Made by a program: the position numbers and the translations under genes | Part shown: piece after piece, positions 1 through 13,546 of the stretch | Layout of the letters: the number at the start of each line of letters is the position of its first letter | Position numbering within the stretch: the stretch's first letter is position 1 | The notes under the pieces: model-generated | What the model was told of the DNA's origin: nothing | What the model saw: the letters and a program-made list of their open reading frames with translations, nothing else | Databases searched by the model: none | Assembly: GCA_001179505.1 (NCBI GenBank) | Contig: CDMY01000243.1 | Coordinates: 372,001-436,000, forward strand | DNA from: Vitrella brassicaformis CCMP3155 | Taxonomy: Eukaryota; Protista; Chromerida | Direction: 5' to 3' | Length of the DNA stretch: 64,000 nt

Positions 1-1640
1 CGCCAAAATGCCCGCCACATTCATGTGTTCTGTGTCGGATGATATGTATACCTGGTGGCTGTGTTCTTTTTTGGTCAGGAGTTTGCACTGCTTGGCCATG
101 TCATCCAGCACCTTCAACCGCTCCTCCAACGCCTGCACGGCACCGCACATAGGAAGGAAGCACATGATGCGTTCGTTCTACTGCCCATCAATCCACCTCC
201 TCTCACTCACCCCAATGATGGTCCGATACGGCGCACTCTGCGACCACAGCGCCTCAGAGTTGCGCATCCGCACGTCAGCAGCTCTCAACTCGCCCCTATG
301 GCCATACTCCACCTCAGGCACGCTAAACCCACCCCTTTCTTCCCCGAGACCTCCAGCCAAGGACGACTCTCCCTCCCTCTGCCTCTCCTCCTTGCTGCCC
401 TTGGCCCGAGCTGGCGGCAGCATGGTCCCGGAGGAGGAGGGGGATGCCCCACTGCTGCTGCTGCCAGGGATGCCCGCCCCGGTAAGCAGCGCGGGGGAGT
501 TCTGGTGCGGCAATACAACACATGGCTCGGGTGGTGCTGGTGCAGATGTCTGAGCGGGACGGTCGGACGAGAGTTGGCCTTCCCCAACATGAGCAGCCTG
601 CGTGTGCGGTCCTCCATACGACACGCTGACCGGCAGCACCCTCACCCCCGCACCATGGCCCCGGACTGCGGGGCTGAGCGGCATCCGCACTGTCTGTGTC
701 TGTGTGAGGGCAGGCGGCCGCACACCGATGCCCACCCCATTGTGCAGCCCCGGCGGCCTGGGGAAATAAGGCGACTGAGGTGGAGGGGTCCGGAACGGGT
801 GCAGGAGCGAAACCGATGGGCTCCGCCGCACACCCGCCGGTCGATGTCCGTCGGGCAGGTGGCTGCCCGTGGTCTTCCTGCCGGGGGGCGTCAGAGTACG
901 GAAGGGCGGGGGGCGAAATGCGATACCTGCTGCTGCTGCTGCTGCCGGGTGCGGAGGGGGTCGGGGGAGCTGCTGCTGGTGTTGCTGGTGTTGCTGGTGT
1001 TGCTGGTGTTGCTGGTGTGGGACGGGAGCGAACCGGGACATAAGTGCGGCCCGGTGCTGCAGAAAGGCCGCGTCCATGGACTCCACAGCCTTGGGGGCGG
1101 CCTGCAACAAGGAGAGAGATGGAGCCCAATGTCACGTTTGTTTCGTCCATAATCTTTCTTTCTACCGTCTTGAGTGCGTGCTCGTCCCAGAGCTGCATGA
1201 GCACGTAGACGAACACAGCTGAGGGAGGGGGCGGCAGGTGCTCCACACACCCCACACGGGCGGTGGTCGTCGCATCCCCCCCGGCCCCATCGCTCACGGT
1301 CGCCGGCAGCCGCACATCGACGGGCGTGCCGCTGGGGAGGGCGCGGAGTCTGACTGCGGCGCGTGCGATGACCCGCGGCTGCGATGGGTGGCCGTCGAGG
1401 AGAGAGAGGATGCAGCAGTCCTCGGTAGAAGAGAACCTAAACTTGCAGATCTGAAACGTCGGCTGCCAGACACAAAGAGAACCCATTGCAAATGATTGCA
1501 GGTCATCCTGATACTGGCGCGTGCCGTACCACTCTGGTGGCGGACTGTCCGCATTGGATGCAGACTTGGGCTACCCTCCTCTCGGCCTGAGGCGACCCTG
1601 GGAGCCTCAGGTTGTGCCCCAGCACGCTCACAAACAGCAT
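1..1640 (-). CDS. Hypothetical protein with N-terminal C2-like domain and Gln/Pro-rich middle; spliced, 3' end runs off the window start
   Basis: ATG at 1640 (MLFVSVLGHNLRLPG), then FQICKFRFSSTEDCCILSLLD..VIARAAVRLRALPSGTPVDVRL (C2-like beta pattern). A 34-nt GT-AG intron at 1135-1102 joins IMDETN to AAPKAVE. A further coiled-coil exon ALEERLKVLDDMAKQ lies near 140-60. Confidence 0.55.
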
Positions 1641-1806
1641 CTCACGTGGGGAATCGCTGTGTTTACAAACGTTTACAAATCACCAAAGGGAAGGCGGTTG
1701 TGGCATCTCGCTGCGTATCCCATTCCCATTCGTGAATCCCCCCTACCTGTCGGCGCGCGTTGTCTGTGAGGACCTACCTACTGTCGTGTGGTGTCGTGTC
1801 GTGACC

Positions 1807-2388
1807 ATGGTCAAGAAGGCGGGCACCTCTGCGGGCGGGAGCAAGTCCAATGGCGGCGGGGGTGTCAAGAAGGACCCCAAGAACCCCAAGAACGCATGTG
1901 AGCACACCACACCGACGTGTGTGGCCGCATTCCCTGATGGGGTGGGCGCGGCGCGGTGCATATGGGGTGGTGTGCAGACTTCCACTATGCTGCGAGTCGT
2001 CGTGAGGAGTTGAAGGAGATGGGTATCAAGGCCAGCCTCATCAACAAGAAAATGGGTAATGCGATGGATGGGCCGGATGCATCTGGGGAGGCGTCATACG
2101 GACATGGTCTGTGTGTGGTGTGTGGTGTGTGGTGTGTTGTGGTGTGTGCAGGCAAGGAGTGGCGTGAGATGGAGGATGAGGACAAGAAGCCCTACATCGA
2201 TATGGCACGGATGCATCTCACAAACACATGCAAACACACACATGGACGGCACGTCACCACAGACATGGATGTGTGTGTGTGTGTGTGTTGTGTGGTGTGT
2301 TGTGGTGTGTTGTGGTGTGTTGTGGTGTGTTCAGGCTAAGGAGGACCAGCAGCGCTACGAGCGTGAGGTCGAGGCATCCGACGACTGA
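1807..2388 (+). CDS. Single HMG-box protein (NHP6/HMGB-like), 4 exons
   Basis: Spliced product MVKKAG..KKDPKNPKNAYFHYAASRREELKEMGIKASLINKKMGKEWREMEDEDKKPYIDMAKEDQQRYEREV matches the HMG-box pattern (P..P.NAY..Y....R, G..W..M...EK.PY...A..D..RY). The last intron is GC-AG (2205-2334). Confidence 0.9.
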
Positions 2389-3180
2389 GCAGAGCAGAGC
2401 AAAGCAGAGCAGATAGAACGTAGATAGATCCACCGACGGACCCACCAACCACACAACACAACACCACACACACGGCAACACCAACAGAAAGAAAGACCCA
2501 TCACTGACTGTGGCATACACACACACATGCTGCGCACACACAGATACACACAGATACACACACACACACACACATACAACACGAAGACCATACAAGACAG
2601 CCGCAGTGCGATAGCCCACCCCGCCTGATACCACCCCGCCTCGCCCCATCCCATCCCATCATCTGTGCAGTGACTGGCTGTGTGTGCATGTGCGTGTGCC
2701 TGTGTGCTCGTGAGGCGGAGGAACAGAGAGATAGGTAGAGGGAGGACCTTGACGCGGGGGTTCATACGTGTGTGTGTGCGTGTGTAATGCGTGTGTTTGT
2801 ATGCTCGCGTAGGACTGCCTGCATGTGCGTAAGACCCTTGATGAAATGAGTGAATGGATGAAATTCAATTCTCCGGTGGATTCCACAAACATCCAGCACA
2901 TCAGCCACACCTCTCTCGCTACCCAACAAAACCCAACAGAGCCCTAGGGCCCCCCACATGGCCTGCTTGCCATCACAAGAAGGAGGTCTACGTTTTGTGT
3001 CACTCCTACAGGTCCACACAAACGTGTGGGCGTTGACACAGAAGAAGGAGCCAGTGCAAGCACCATTTTTTGATGAGTACATTGATTCCATCTCTATGTC
3101 GTGGCTGAGTCCCGTCTCCTCACACGGATAAAAGTCCCATACTTGTGGTATACAGCCTAGCAGGTCGACCACCTACCTAC

Positions 3181-5952
3181 TTACATGTCATATGCCGGTC
3201 TCGGTCTCGTGCCGTATTGCACGTGTGGACACAGCTCTCTCAAGCGCACCTCACCAAAGACGGCAGGCTGCAACGCGCGCAGTAAAAACAGGCTGATGTA
3301 GGGCACCATAATAGCTATAATCACGGCTGTCGCGGCTAACAATGCTGCCAGCCTGAATGTGAGAACTCCGGGCTCATCGTCCCCTCGCAAAATCGGCAGG
3401 TTGTGGAGACGCACCGAAACCTACAGATATATGCACCACACACAGGGTGAAAGGCAATACGGCTGCATATATATGTCTACAGGCCGCCGTCGCTGGCTCC
3501 ACTGGCTCCACCACTGACCATAAAGAGGACGACTTCGCACGCCATCTCGACAGCGACCAGGAGACACAGTCTGCCCAGCCTCTCAAACAGCCGGGGCAAC
3601 GACGGAGACAGCAGCTGCTCCATCGAGACAAGTGATAGATTGATGAAAATCAGGATCAGGCTCTCGGCCTGGTTGTAGGCGTGCTGCTGGTCGCTCAAAG
3701 CTCTAAGATACCTCGGGCGGACGTCATACGCCATGAAATTGCTCTGCAGATGGATCACGGATGTCATGGACGACAGTCCGCTCGAGCTCGACCGCATGCG
3801 CCGTCCCGCTCGCACCACACTCTGATAGATCTCACTCGACGACCGCCCCGTCTCCCCACTGCCGGCTCGGTTGATGAATAACGCTGCTTCTTTCTTGCTC
3901 GCTGCCCGTGTGCTGATTGTCTCACTGCTGCCTGAAGCCTCAGAAAGGCCATGGCGGACAGCAGTGTCTCTCGGTTTGCTGCGCCTATCATCGCTCGGCT
4001 TGGCCAAGAGGCCGTCGCGGGTGCGCTTGAGCGCTCGGATGACGTTGGCATGGAGCATGTCGGCGTAGGGCACCGCCAGGTCACCCAGGAGGTCGTAGAT
4101 GGCGAACATCAGAGACGACTTGATCTTGTAGCTGAGGGCAGCCATTTCAGCCTGGATAAAGAACATGCGTACCTACCGACATTCTTGCGCTGAGGGATCC
4201 TTATACTGACTTGCAAGAGGCGAGGTACGATAAGCGATCCAGCAACCATGGGAAAGATGACGCAGTAGTTGAATAGAGGAGGGCCATCCCGCATCTTGCG
4301 AGCGGATCCATTCACAATTGCCACCAGAGGCCAGCAGATCAACAAAGAGAAAAAGGCCACTTGTGCTCTGTCATCGTCCGTTGTGGCCCTTTCCGCCTTC
4401 GAAAGGAACAGGACTTTCCAGAACCAGGCTGCCAGCACGGACGTGACAAAAAGAGATGTCATCTGAACGGTATACAGCCATCGTCTTTTGATCACGCCCC
4501 TCATGTCTCTTGACGACTGCCAGTAGAAGCAGAAGGGCAGCATGATCCCCGATATTGCAACCTCTGCTAACCTCTCGACTCTGTTGTGGCGCGTAGATAC
4601 ACGTTGACAGACACAGATGCAGCCAGCGTCGCTCTCAGCCTGTCTGTGTATTTCCCGCTTACGTACATGAGCTCGATCCTTTGATATGAGTATGGCCGAG
4701 AATACACCCCCCAGGTGCGGTGATAGTGTGGACCGCTGCGCAGAGGGCAAAAAGGTACCACGACTTGCGCAGGCGTTGAAGTATTCTGCGCAGGTGGCAT
4801 CCCTCAACCAGCAATATGAACCAAGCACTTATTGCCGTCCAGACAATGATCATCCGCGTATGATCGACAACGACCGATGGAATCTTGTAGCCGCAGGTAA
4901 CAAATACGCTGAGTAGCAAGCCGACCAGGGGCAGTGAAACGAGAAATGCGAAAAGCACTTGGAAGATAAGCACCCGCAAAACTCGCCGCAATGACCGCAT
5001 GAACGGCTCAGGGGAGAAACGCGCGCCCACCAGCACCTCCTGTACTCTGACCGCCTCCCCATCCGTTATGACAGTTGGCTCATAAACGAGGCGCGATTCG
5101 AACTCCTCGAACGCCGCCGGGTATCCTGCACGCACGGATGTGGGGAAGAAATGGCAAGCAAGGACGGACATATCACACGTGTGCCGTGTGTGCCAAAGCC
5201 CGCTCCCGTGACTCACCGGCAGCCTTTTCGAATTCCGTTTTCATCGCCTGGATGGCCATCTCTTCGGCCCTGTTGGCTGGCGGCTCTGGCCCCACCTTCT
5301 CAGAGATGTCCTGGAGAGTGCTCGACTGTGACGCCGCATGATGACAGGCGCTCCGGAGACCATTGGTTTGGCACGAAGGACTCGTCCTTTGTTGAAGATC
5401 AAGGTCCAGGAGGCACTCGCTGCTGTGCACCTCTTTGTCGAGCGCCTCTTCCAAATCGGTCGTGAGCTGTTGGGGCCTCTCCTGCTGCTCAACCGACTGT
5501 GTTGCGCACGTGTCCTCGCAGTTGGGGCCGAGGGAGGTGTGCATGTCCTTCCGAAGACCACATTCGTGCCCCGGGCAGGGCTGTGACGGCACCTCGGGTT
5601 CTTCATCCAACTCATTGTCGCTGCGGCTGACACTTGGGCTGGCAGCATCACCATTATTGATTGGAGAAACGATGGTGTGTTCGATGGACACCATGATGTT
5701 GTCGGGGGAGAAATAGATTCTCCTTTGCTCGCTTAGCTCGCAGTGGGGGTCGTAAATACGAGGAAACCGCAAAAGGAAAAGGTTTGGTGTGAGTAGATGG
5801 CTCGTGAAGGAGGTGTAACATTCGCTGCCGAGGACCAAACCGTACATCTGGAAGACGAAGGGAAAGAAGACGCCGAGGTACAGTAATGTCTGTGTGGTGG
5901 ATGGCCTCCAATATGCGTGCAGCCTTCTCTTGTCGTTCATCAGGCACAGCAT
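3181..5952 (-). CDS. Orphan multi-pass membrane protein, spliced; ends uncertain
   Basis: ORFs 5173-5985, 4659-5216, 4109-4828, 3477-4166 and 3181-3414 join in frame through GT-AG introns (e.g. the GTAAGC donor near 4661 gives SSCT-VERLAEV). About 10 hydrophobic segments are present. No family recognised. Confidence 0.55.
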
Positions 5953-6189
5953 GAGGGCACGTCCGCCGCTCTTCGCGCATCGCACATTCGTCCCTCTCTG
6001 TTGGAGAAAACTCCCCGGTTTCTGGGCGGCCGCGTGCTGCGACGGATCCGGAAGGAGGACTGGGGTCGGCCGTCGAGAATGCGGGGCAACCAGCGGCTGC
6101 AGGGCTCCTTCCGGCTGCTAGGACGGCACCTCAAGACGCCATGCACAGAGGACTGGGACAAGGAGAGCACACACACAGACGTCGCCCTC

Positions 6190-9169
6190 ATGGCCACCGA
6201 CGGGGGCGAGTCAAACCAGAATCAGAACACCCTGACGCCATCGCGGCCGCCGTCCCCGGCCATGCAGGCGCCTCAACCCTTGTCCATTGTCATTGACGAG
6301 ACTGTGCACATGGAGCATCAGAGACCCACCATGCGGAGTCCCCGGCCGACCGAGCACGAGGGCGACACCCACCCCTCCCCCTCCCGCCCATCCTCGCCCG
6401 CCAGTGCTAGCGGCCAGCATCTGACGTACGACTCACACCCGGCCCCGAGGTCGTCGCGGACGAACCCCTCCCTGCTGCCGGTGAGGAGTCGGTCGAGCGA
6501 CAATAATGGGTCGGTGCGGGTGGAGGTGGACCGTTCGGGGTTTCGGAGCAGGTCACGCACCAAGCAGAGTCCGATGGACGCGCCCAGCCAGGAGGGGGGG
6601 CAGAAGCAGATGGAGTTGCTAGAGAAACAAATCCAGTACCGCGAGAAACTAGAAAAGGTGCGGCGCAGCCAAGCCATTCATTGGTTCCTGCCTTCCTTCC
6701 CTGCTTGGTCCGTGCATTCATTATAAGTGTGTGTTGTTGATGTGTCTCAATAACTAACGACCAGGCGGTGTTGATATTCAACAACACGGGTGTCTCAGCG
6801 TGCTTGGACTACATGAGCGAGGAGGGCATGATCGACCAGGAGGACTCGCTCAGTGTGGCGCATTTCCTCCTGACTGTAGAGGGACTCGACAAGAGGAAGA
6901 TAGGAGAACTGCTCGGCAAGGACAATGCGCTGTCACTGGCCGTGCTCAATGGCTTCGTACAGCTGCTAGGTACCTTACCTCTCTCTACACACACATCCAG
7001 GAAGGAACAAACCACCCACCTATCTGTTCTGTTCATGCATGGCATGCGGCTGTCGACTCGAATTGATTGCAGATTTCCATCATTTGGCGTGTGACGAGGC
7101 GCTGCGGTACTTCCTGTCTCGGTTTTTCCTCCCCGGGGAGTCGCAGATGGTCTATCGAGTGCTGGAGCGCTTCTCTGTGCGGTAGCACATATGACAAAAC
7201 AAACACCACAATGACAGACAGCACACAACGCCTCCATCTCCCTTCCTTCGTATAATTTGTGTAGGTATGCGAGGGACAATCCGGAGGACGGTTTGTCCAG
7301 CGACCAGGTGCTGACATTAGCGTACGCCCTGGTGATATTGAACACGTCCCTCCACTCGCAGCAGATCAAGCCCACCGACAGGATGAAGAAGGCCGACTTT
7401 GTCGACATGTGCACCAAGGGGGGCGTCCCGGTCGGCACCAGCAGGCTCGAGGAGATGTTCGACCGCGTCCACGTGGGGCCTTTCAAACCTTCTTTCTCGG
7501 CGGGCGACAAGGTCAGCAAGTGGCCACACTACTGGATGCCGTCCGTATCCCTCTCTGATGCGCCTGTCTATGTGTGGATATATACAGGTGTACGGCCGTC
7601 TAGCTCGCGACCCGAAGGTGATCCGTGGTCACGCCATGGCCAAGACGACGCCGGTGGATGTGGTGCTGCTCAAGCAAGGCTCTCAGTTCGTCAAGTACGG
7701 CAGGCGGGGTCGCCCCCACGTGCGGCAGTTCTGGCTGGCCGACAACGAGAAGCGTCTCTACTGGGGCACACCGCCCCCCCCACACCACTTGCGGAGGCGG
7801 CCGTCGCATCCCGCCGTGCTGACCTCTGGGAGTGAGTCGGGCGGCTCGGGAGGGAGGGCCAGCGACCGGCCGTCGAGCGCACTGAAGCCCAAGCGGAAGC
7901 GCATGCCGAGATACATCAACCTCGATCAACTCACCGGCATGACCATGGTACGGTACCGCTATAACGCACACACGAATGCAGGAGGCAAGACGTGCAATGG
8001 ATGGGAGGATGCAATGCATGTGTGAGTGCAGGGTCCATCGTCAGCTGTGTTCCGTCGTCAGCGAGTGGCGGATGAGTCGGACGCGCGGTGTTTCTCGCTC
8101 CACGCCGACGAGCGTACGGTTGACCTGTTCGCCCCCGAGGAGATCTGGCCGCCCCTCGTCATGTGGACCAACTTCTTCCACCAGTGCCTGCAGGAAAACC
8201 AGGACAGGAGACCGCTGCAGAAGCCTATAGATGGTCAGTCAGCCACCTATATATAAGTGATTGTGCCCCGTGTATTTATCCATGTGTGTGGGTGTGTGTG
8301 GGTGTGCACATGTGCAGTGTTGAAGGAGGAGATGGCATTGCGTCGTCGAATGGAGGAGCATCGTTTGGCCAAGTGGCGCGACGAGGTGCTCCCCAACTTC
8401 TCCCAGCACTGGAACTGCGGTGCCGGCCTCTGCAGCGGCTTCGACAGGGAGCGGCTTCCAGGCAACGAACCCAAGGTGGTCCTGCACGCCGCCAGGAAAT
8501 TCGCACTCGACCGCTCCAGGCGGTACGAGACGGCCGCCACTGCCGCGCTCTGCGAACTTTGGTCAGCCAGCCAGCCAGCCGCACACGCAGTATATGGATG
8601 GATGCACACAGACAACACACTGTCACACAGTCACTCAGAGATGCTGTGTTGATTTGATTGTGTAGGTGTCAGGGAATCCCGGATACGTTGCGCTGCAAGT
8701 TGTGGCCGCTGGCGATCGGCAACGAGCAGCGCGTCAGTGAGGAGCTGTTCCACCACCTGAGGGACAAGGTGGCATGGCTGCAATCGCAGAACGACCTCAC
8801 CAGCAGGGCGTGCAAAAGACACATAGAGTCTTTCCACAGGGTAAGTACGTGGGTCGGTCGGTGGGGGGGNNNNNNNNNNNNNNNNNNNNNNNNNNNNNNN
8901 NNNNNNNNNNNNNNNNNNNNNNNNNNNNNNNNNNNNNNNNNNNNNNNNNNNNNNNNNNNNNNNNNNNNNNNNNNNNNNNNNNNNNNNNNNNNNNNNNNNN
9001 NNNNNNNNNNNNNNNNNNNNNNNNNNNNNNNNNNNNNNNNNNNNNNNNNNNNNNNNNNNNNNNNNNNNNNNNNNNNNNNNNNNNNNNNNNNNNNNNNNNN
9101 NNNNNNNNNNNNNNNNNNNNNNNNNNNNNNNNNNNNNNNNNNNNNNNNNNNNNNNNNNNNNNNNNNNNN

Positions 9170-9206
<37 letters not shown>

Positions 9207-11516
9207 GGCCCACATGTCTCACACAAATACATACACCGTGGGTGCGATGGATGGATGGATGGACTCGCGCATTTAGGAGGCATCGAGGGTGATGCCCCGG
9301 CTGCTGCCGTTGGAGGCCGGCTTTGGCCAGACGGCCGACACGTCCATCGAGGCCCTCTCCATCGACGTCAGCGAGCAGACAGAGGAGCGGCGCAAACAGC
9401 TCATCGACCAGCTGGCGCAGTCGGGCCGACATGCGGACGAAGGGATCCCCCCCGAGTCACCACAGGGGAGGAAGAAAAAGGCCTACCGCCACAGCAGGTC
9501 CCTCGACGTCTCCCCACGGCACATGAAGCGGTCGAATGTGTCGTCTCTCTACGATGGCAGCGCCTCCTCATTCGAGCTCAGCCTATCGGAGAACGTCACG
9601 GCCGTCGCCATGGCCGAGGGGGGAGCGTCGCGCAGACAGTCACCCAAGAAACCCCCCCTGCCCCCACCAAAACGACAGCAGCCACAAGGAGGGGGAGAGG
9701 GGGAGGACCGTCGTCTGTCCGACCTTCTGGCCTTCGGGTCGGGCACATCGCTGTCGGGTGACTCTGTGGTGTCGGTGTCCGGCACCATCAAGGCGCTGCA
9801 GCCGCAGACAGTGGGGCCGCACCCGTCACACCCGCGACCCAGCGATGTGGGCCTTGGGCGGTCGACGAGTGCATTCATGCTGCCCCCCGAGGGCGAGAAG
9901 GGCCCCACGGTCACCGAGGAGATGGAGGGGAGCAATGGCAACGGGGTTGCTGCTGGGGGGGATAGTGCAGGGGGCGAGGGGGAGGGTGGGGGTGAGAATA
10001 CGGCCGATTTCACCCCCCTCAGTGCCGACCTCACCCCACTTGGCGTTGTGGACGACTTGAGGTGATACAACATACACGTGGGGCCATTTTCGGGCACTTT
10101 TCATCTGTCTGTGCGATGGATGATTCGGTGGCTGGCTGCATTGATGGTTTGATTGTTTGCAGGGTGACTCGTAGTTACAGTGCGTTGGGTGTGGTGCCGT
10201 CGTTGGCTGACGCCGAGAGCACCCTCACACACGGCCCCACGACCATCGAGCGGGCCCTCGTTGACATCATCGAATCATACATCGTATTCAGACCCGAGGT
10301 GGGTGAAGGAAGACATACACACAACACACCACCATACATACCATCACAAAAAGAGAGAGAGAGAGAATGAAACACAACACAACACGCGTGTGTGTGTGTG
10401 TGTGTGTGTGTGGTCATACCTTAAGGTGGGGTATGTGCAGGGTCTTGCGAGCATCGCCGCCCTGCTGCTCTACTTCATGAACCCACCCAAGGCAAGCGAA
10501 GCGCAGCAAGTGGCTTGGCTCACAGACAGACAGACAGACAGGGATGGATTGCAATCAATGATAGATACCTACCAGGATGTGTTCGTTCGTTCAGGCGTTT
10601 GTGTGTTTCGTGAACCTGATCCACTCGCACTTCTTCATCGACCTTATCAAAGTCAACAGAAGGTCGGTCAAAGTGCAGCCAGGCCAGGCAGCCAACTGTG
10701 TGTACCAGCTTTCTATTCATTTTCGGTTCTTCAGGGGCGGGAAGTGGCGCTTCGACTTCTTCGAGACGGTCTTCAAAGAACGACTTCCACTACTGGTCGG
10801 CTTCTCGCACATAAATGTCCACAGAGAGAGAGACACACACACAATGTCTGCCCCCATCCCTCTGTGGGTGTGTTGATGTGTGTTGATGTGTGTGTGTGTG
10901 TGTGTGTTCAGGCAGCGCATTTCGATGCTTTGGACATCACGCCGGACACGTATTTGATTCAGTGGTATTTGACGCTGTTCAGCACCTGTTTGCCGCTGCA
11001 CGTGGTGTGTCGGGTGTGGGACACCTTCTTCCTCCTCGGCGAGGCGTTCAGCGTGCAGACCGCACTCGGCATACTCAAATACCACGAACACGCACTCATC
11101 ACAGGTAGGTACACACACCACACACGCCATTCAGGCACAGAGACAGACACACATGCATCCATCGACTGTTGGTTGACCTTTGTCTGTGGTTCTGCGTGGG
11201 TGCAGTTCCGTTTGAGGGCTGCATCAAGCTGCTGCATCGGCCCCCGGACCCACTCACCTTCGACCAGGACAGATTCTTCCAGTGGTCAGTCAGTCAGTGC
11301 GGCAGACAGACAGAGAGCCAGACAGCCACTGATGTGTTAACGAATGCAATGCATAGGTGTGGTGTCTGTGCGGGACACTAATGGGTGTGTATTTCTGCCT
11401 GCCTGCCTGCCTGCAGTGTGGATTCGATGCGGATTCCCACCAACCGCTTCGGCCTGTGGACGGCCGCACAGCGACTCAGCGAACTCAAAGTAGAACTACT
11501 ACAAGTCCTCCTCTGA
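6190..11516 (+). CDS. Sec7 (Arf-GEF) + PH + TBC (Rab-GAP) fusion protein, TBS-like; contains an N gap within an intron
   Basis: Sec7: GLDKRKIGELLG, DEALRYFLSRFFLPGESQMVYRVLERFS (catalytic Glu motif), AYALVILNTSLHS. PH-like: LLKQGSQFVKYGRRGRPHVRQFWLADNEKRLYW. TBC: GIPDTLRCKLWPLAIGN, YIVFRPEVGYVQGL, YLIQWYLTLFSTCLPLHVVCRVWDTFFLLG. Stop TGA at 11514-11516. Confidence 0.85.
8870..9169. other. Assembly gap (300 N) flanked by poly-G (36 G at 9170-9205)
   Basis: Seen directly; lies in an intron of the Sec7-TBC gene. Confidence 0.99.
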
Positions 11517-11765
11517 ATGAACCAAACCAACAAGCGACCTATCGCCACACGACACAGCGCCCGGCCGCCAGAGGCACCCACACACACGACCACACCCTAC
11601 CACAGCTGTTTGTCTGTCTGTACAGTAAATGCAATGCATCTGTGTACGAGTGGCTGGCTGGCTGGCTGGGGGAGTGCTGCTACGCTACTGGACTGCGGAC
11701 GGCGATTTATTTGTCCACTTTTCTCGCTTGCTGACGGACAGACAGGCACAGGGGGGGGGGGGGGG

Positions 11766-12065
11766 NNNNNNNNNNNNNNNNNNNNNNNNNNNNNNNNNNN
11801 NNNNNNNNNNNNNNNNNNNNNNNNNNNNNNNNNNNNNNNNNNNNNNNNNNNNNNNNNNNNNNNNNNNNNNNNNNNNNNNNNNNNNNNNNNNNNNNNNNNN
11901 NNNNNNNNNNNNNNNNNNNNNNNNNNNNNNNNNNNNNNNNNNNNNNNNNNNNNNNNNNNNNNNNNNNNNNNNNNNNNNNNNNNNNNNNNNNNNNNNNNNN
12001 NNNNNNNNNNNNNNNNNNNNNNNNNNNNNNNNNNNNNNNNNNNNNNNNNNNNNNNNNNNNNNNNN
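11766..12065. other. Assembly gap (300 N) after a 15-G run
   Basis: Seen directly; intergenic. Confidence 0.99.
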
Positions 12066-12566
12066 AGAGGGATATGTGGACGGATACGGGCGGGTGGGTG
12101 GGTATTGGTGTGCTGTTCAGTCACACGGGGGAGAGAGAAAGGGGGGGGGAGGGGACTCTTTGTTGACATGATCATCATCAGCAGACATACATACATGGGT
12201 CCGTCCAATTCACTTGACAAACGCTCTCATCCTCCCTGTCTGCCCCCAGCCCGTTCGGCACGGCACGGCACGCGTCCACACATCCATACATCCATCCATC
12301 CATACGCCACTCCGTCACCAAACTTATTGGTCGAATCGACTTCTGTTCACTGGCCGCAAAAACTCGAAAACTCTGACTGACACCAAGTGTCGCGTCTGCC
12401 TGCCTCTAACCTGCCCGTCTGTCTTTGTCGCTGTTCCTCTTTCTCTCTGCTGTCTTTGTCTGTGTCAGTCTCATCAACTGACTGATCGAGTGACTGACGG
12501 ACGGAAAAAACACCCACCACACATGAATGAATGTCGAACCGCTTGATGGCTGGCTGGCCCGGCGGC

Positions 12567-13399
12567 TCAGAGTTTGGACATGACCACATTGGCGAATGCG
12601 TCATCGCCCTCTCCGATCCACTCGACCCGCCCGCCGGGGGCGATGATCATGGCGTAGCGCTTCGAACGGGTCCCCAGGAAATTGCCAGACGCGTCCATCT
12701 CCATACCTATCGCCTGGTGGGTGGACCACACACACACACAAGATAATACAGACATACAGACAGACAGAGTGTTCTCATGTGTGTGTGTGTGTGTGTGTGT
12801 GTGTGGTATGGATGCGTGAATATGCATATATACCAACCTTGGTGAACTCGCCGTTGCCATCCGAGATCATGGTGACGGCCGAGGTGGGCGCGTTGACGGT
12901 CTTGGCCCAGGCGTCCAGCACGAATGGATCGTTGACGGCCACACAGCCGACGAAGGGTGCCTTGCCCTTGATGGCCGCCGACTGCTCCACAAAACCAGGC
13001 AAATGCTTCTCACTGCAAGTCGGCGTGAAAGCACCTGCAATCATCGCACGATAAAAGGGGGCAGTGCAGCGTCGCAATGGCATTGATTGAGTGCCTGGCT
13101 CGTGTGTCCTACCCACCCGGTACGGCAAAGAGCACTCCGCGCTGGTTGGCGAAGAGATCCAGGATGCCTCTCACCTCACCCGCCACTTTCACCGACACGT
13201 TCGGCAGAGTGTCGCCTACACGCACTCAAACATAACTGCCATGCAGTGGTGGTCGCTTGCTGGGCTTCGCTCTTGACCTACCCACGGCAATCATGGTGAT
13301 GCGGTGCGGCGCCCGGAGGCGGCCGACAGGAGCGCGGGCAACAAAGCCGTTGCAGATGGTGCAGATCGAGAGAAGCACGAGCGCTCCGAACGACTTCAT
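12567..13399 (-). CDS. Type II (Prx5-like) peroxiredoxin with bipartite plastid-targeting leader
   Basis: Spliced [57 protein letters not shown]. Leader MKSFGALVLLSICTICNG|FVARAP.. looks like a signal peptide followed by a Phe-initial transit peptide. Confidence 0.92.
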
Positions 13400-13546
13400 T
13401 TCCAAAAGCCGGCTGCGCAAAATCGGTTCCCCTTCGACGCAGTTTCACGGTTCCCCTAGCTGCGAGCTAAGTCGAAAGACGCGCTTTTTACCCTCCCCCT
13501 CGAGAGGTAGGGCGTCTGTGCGCACGCATCGGAGCCAATAGCGACC
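13400..13546. promoter_or_regulatory. Putative bidirectional promoter (147 nt) between the peroxiredoxin and ferric reductase genes, containing GTTTCACG
   Basis: Divergent ATGs at 13399 and 13547; motif at 13442-13449. Confidence 0.55.

Noticed and set aside
965-1020. (GCTGGTGTT)n tandem repeat
   Set aside because: It is the coding QQHQQHQQH low-complexity tract of the minus-strand gene.
4582-4828. Three overlapping open frames in the TM gene, suggesting a frameshift
   Set aside because: Explained by a canonical GTAAGC...ACAG intron of about 80 nt.
8863-9205. Long poly-G runs beside both N gaps (also 11751-11765) as G-quadruplex elements
   Set aside because: They abut fixed-length 300-N gaps. 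They are most likely homopolymer sequencing or assembly breakpoints, so their length and function cannot be judged.
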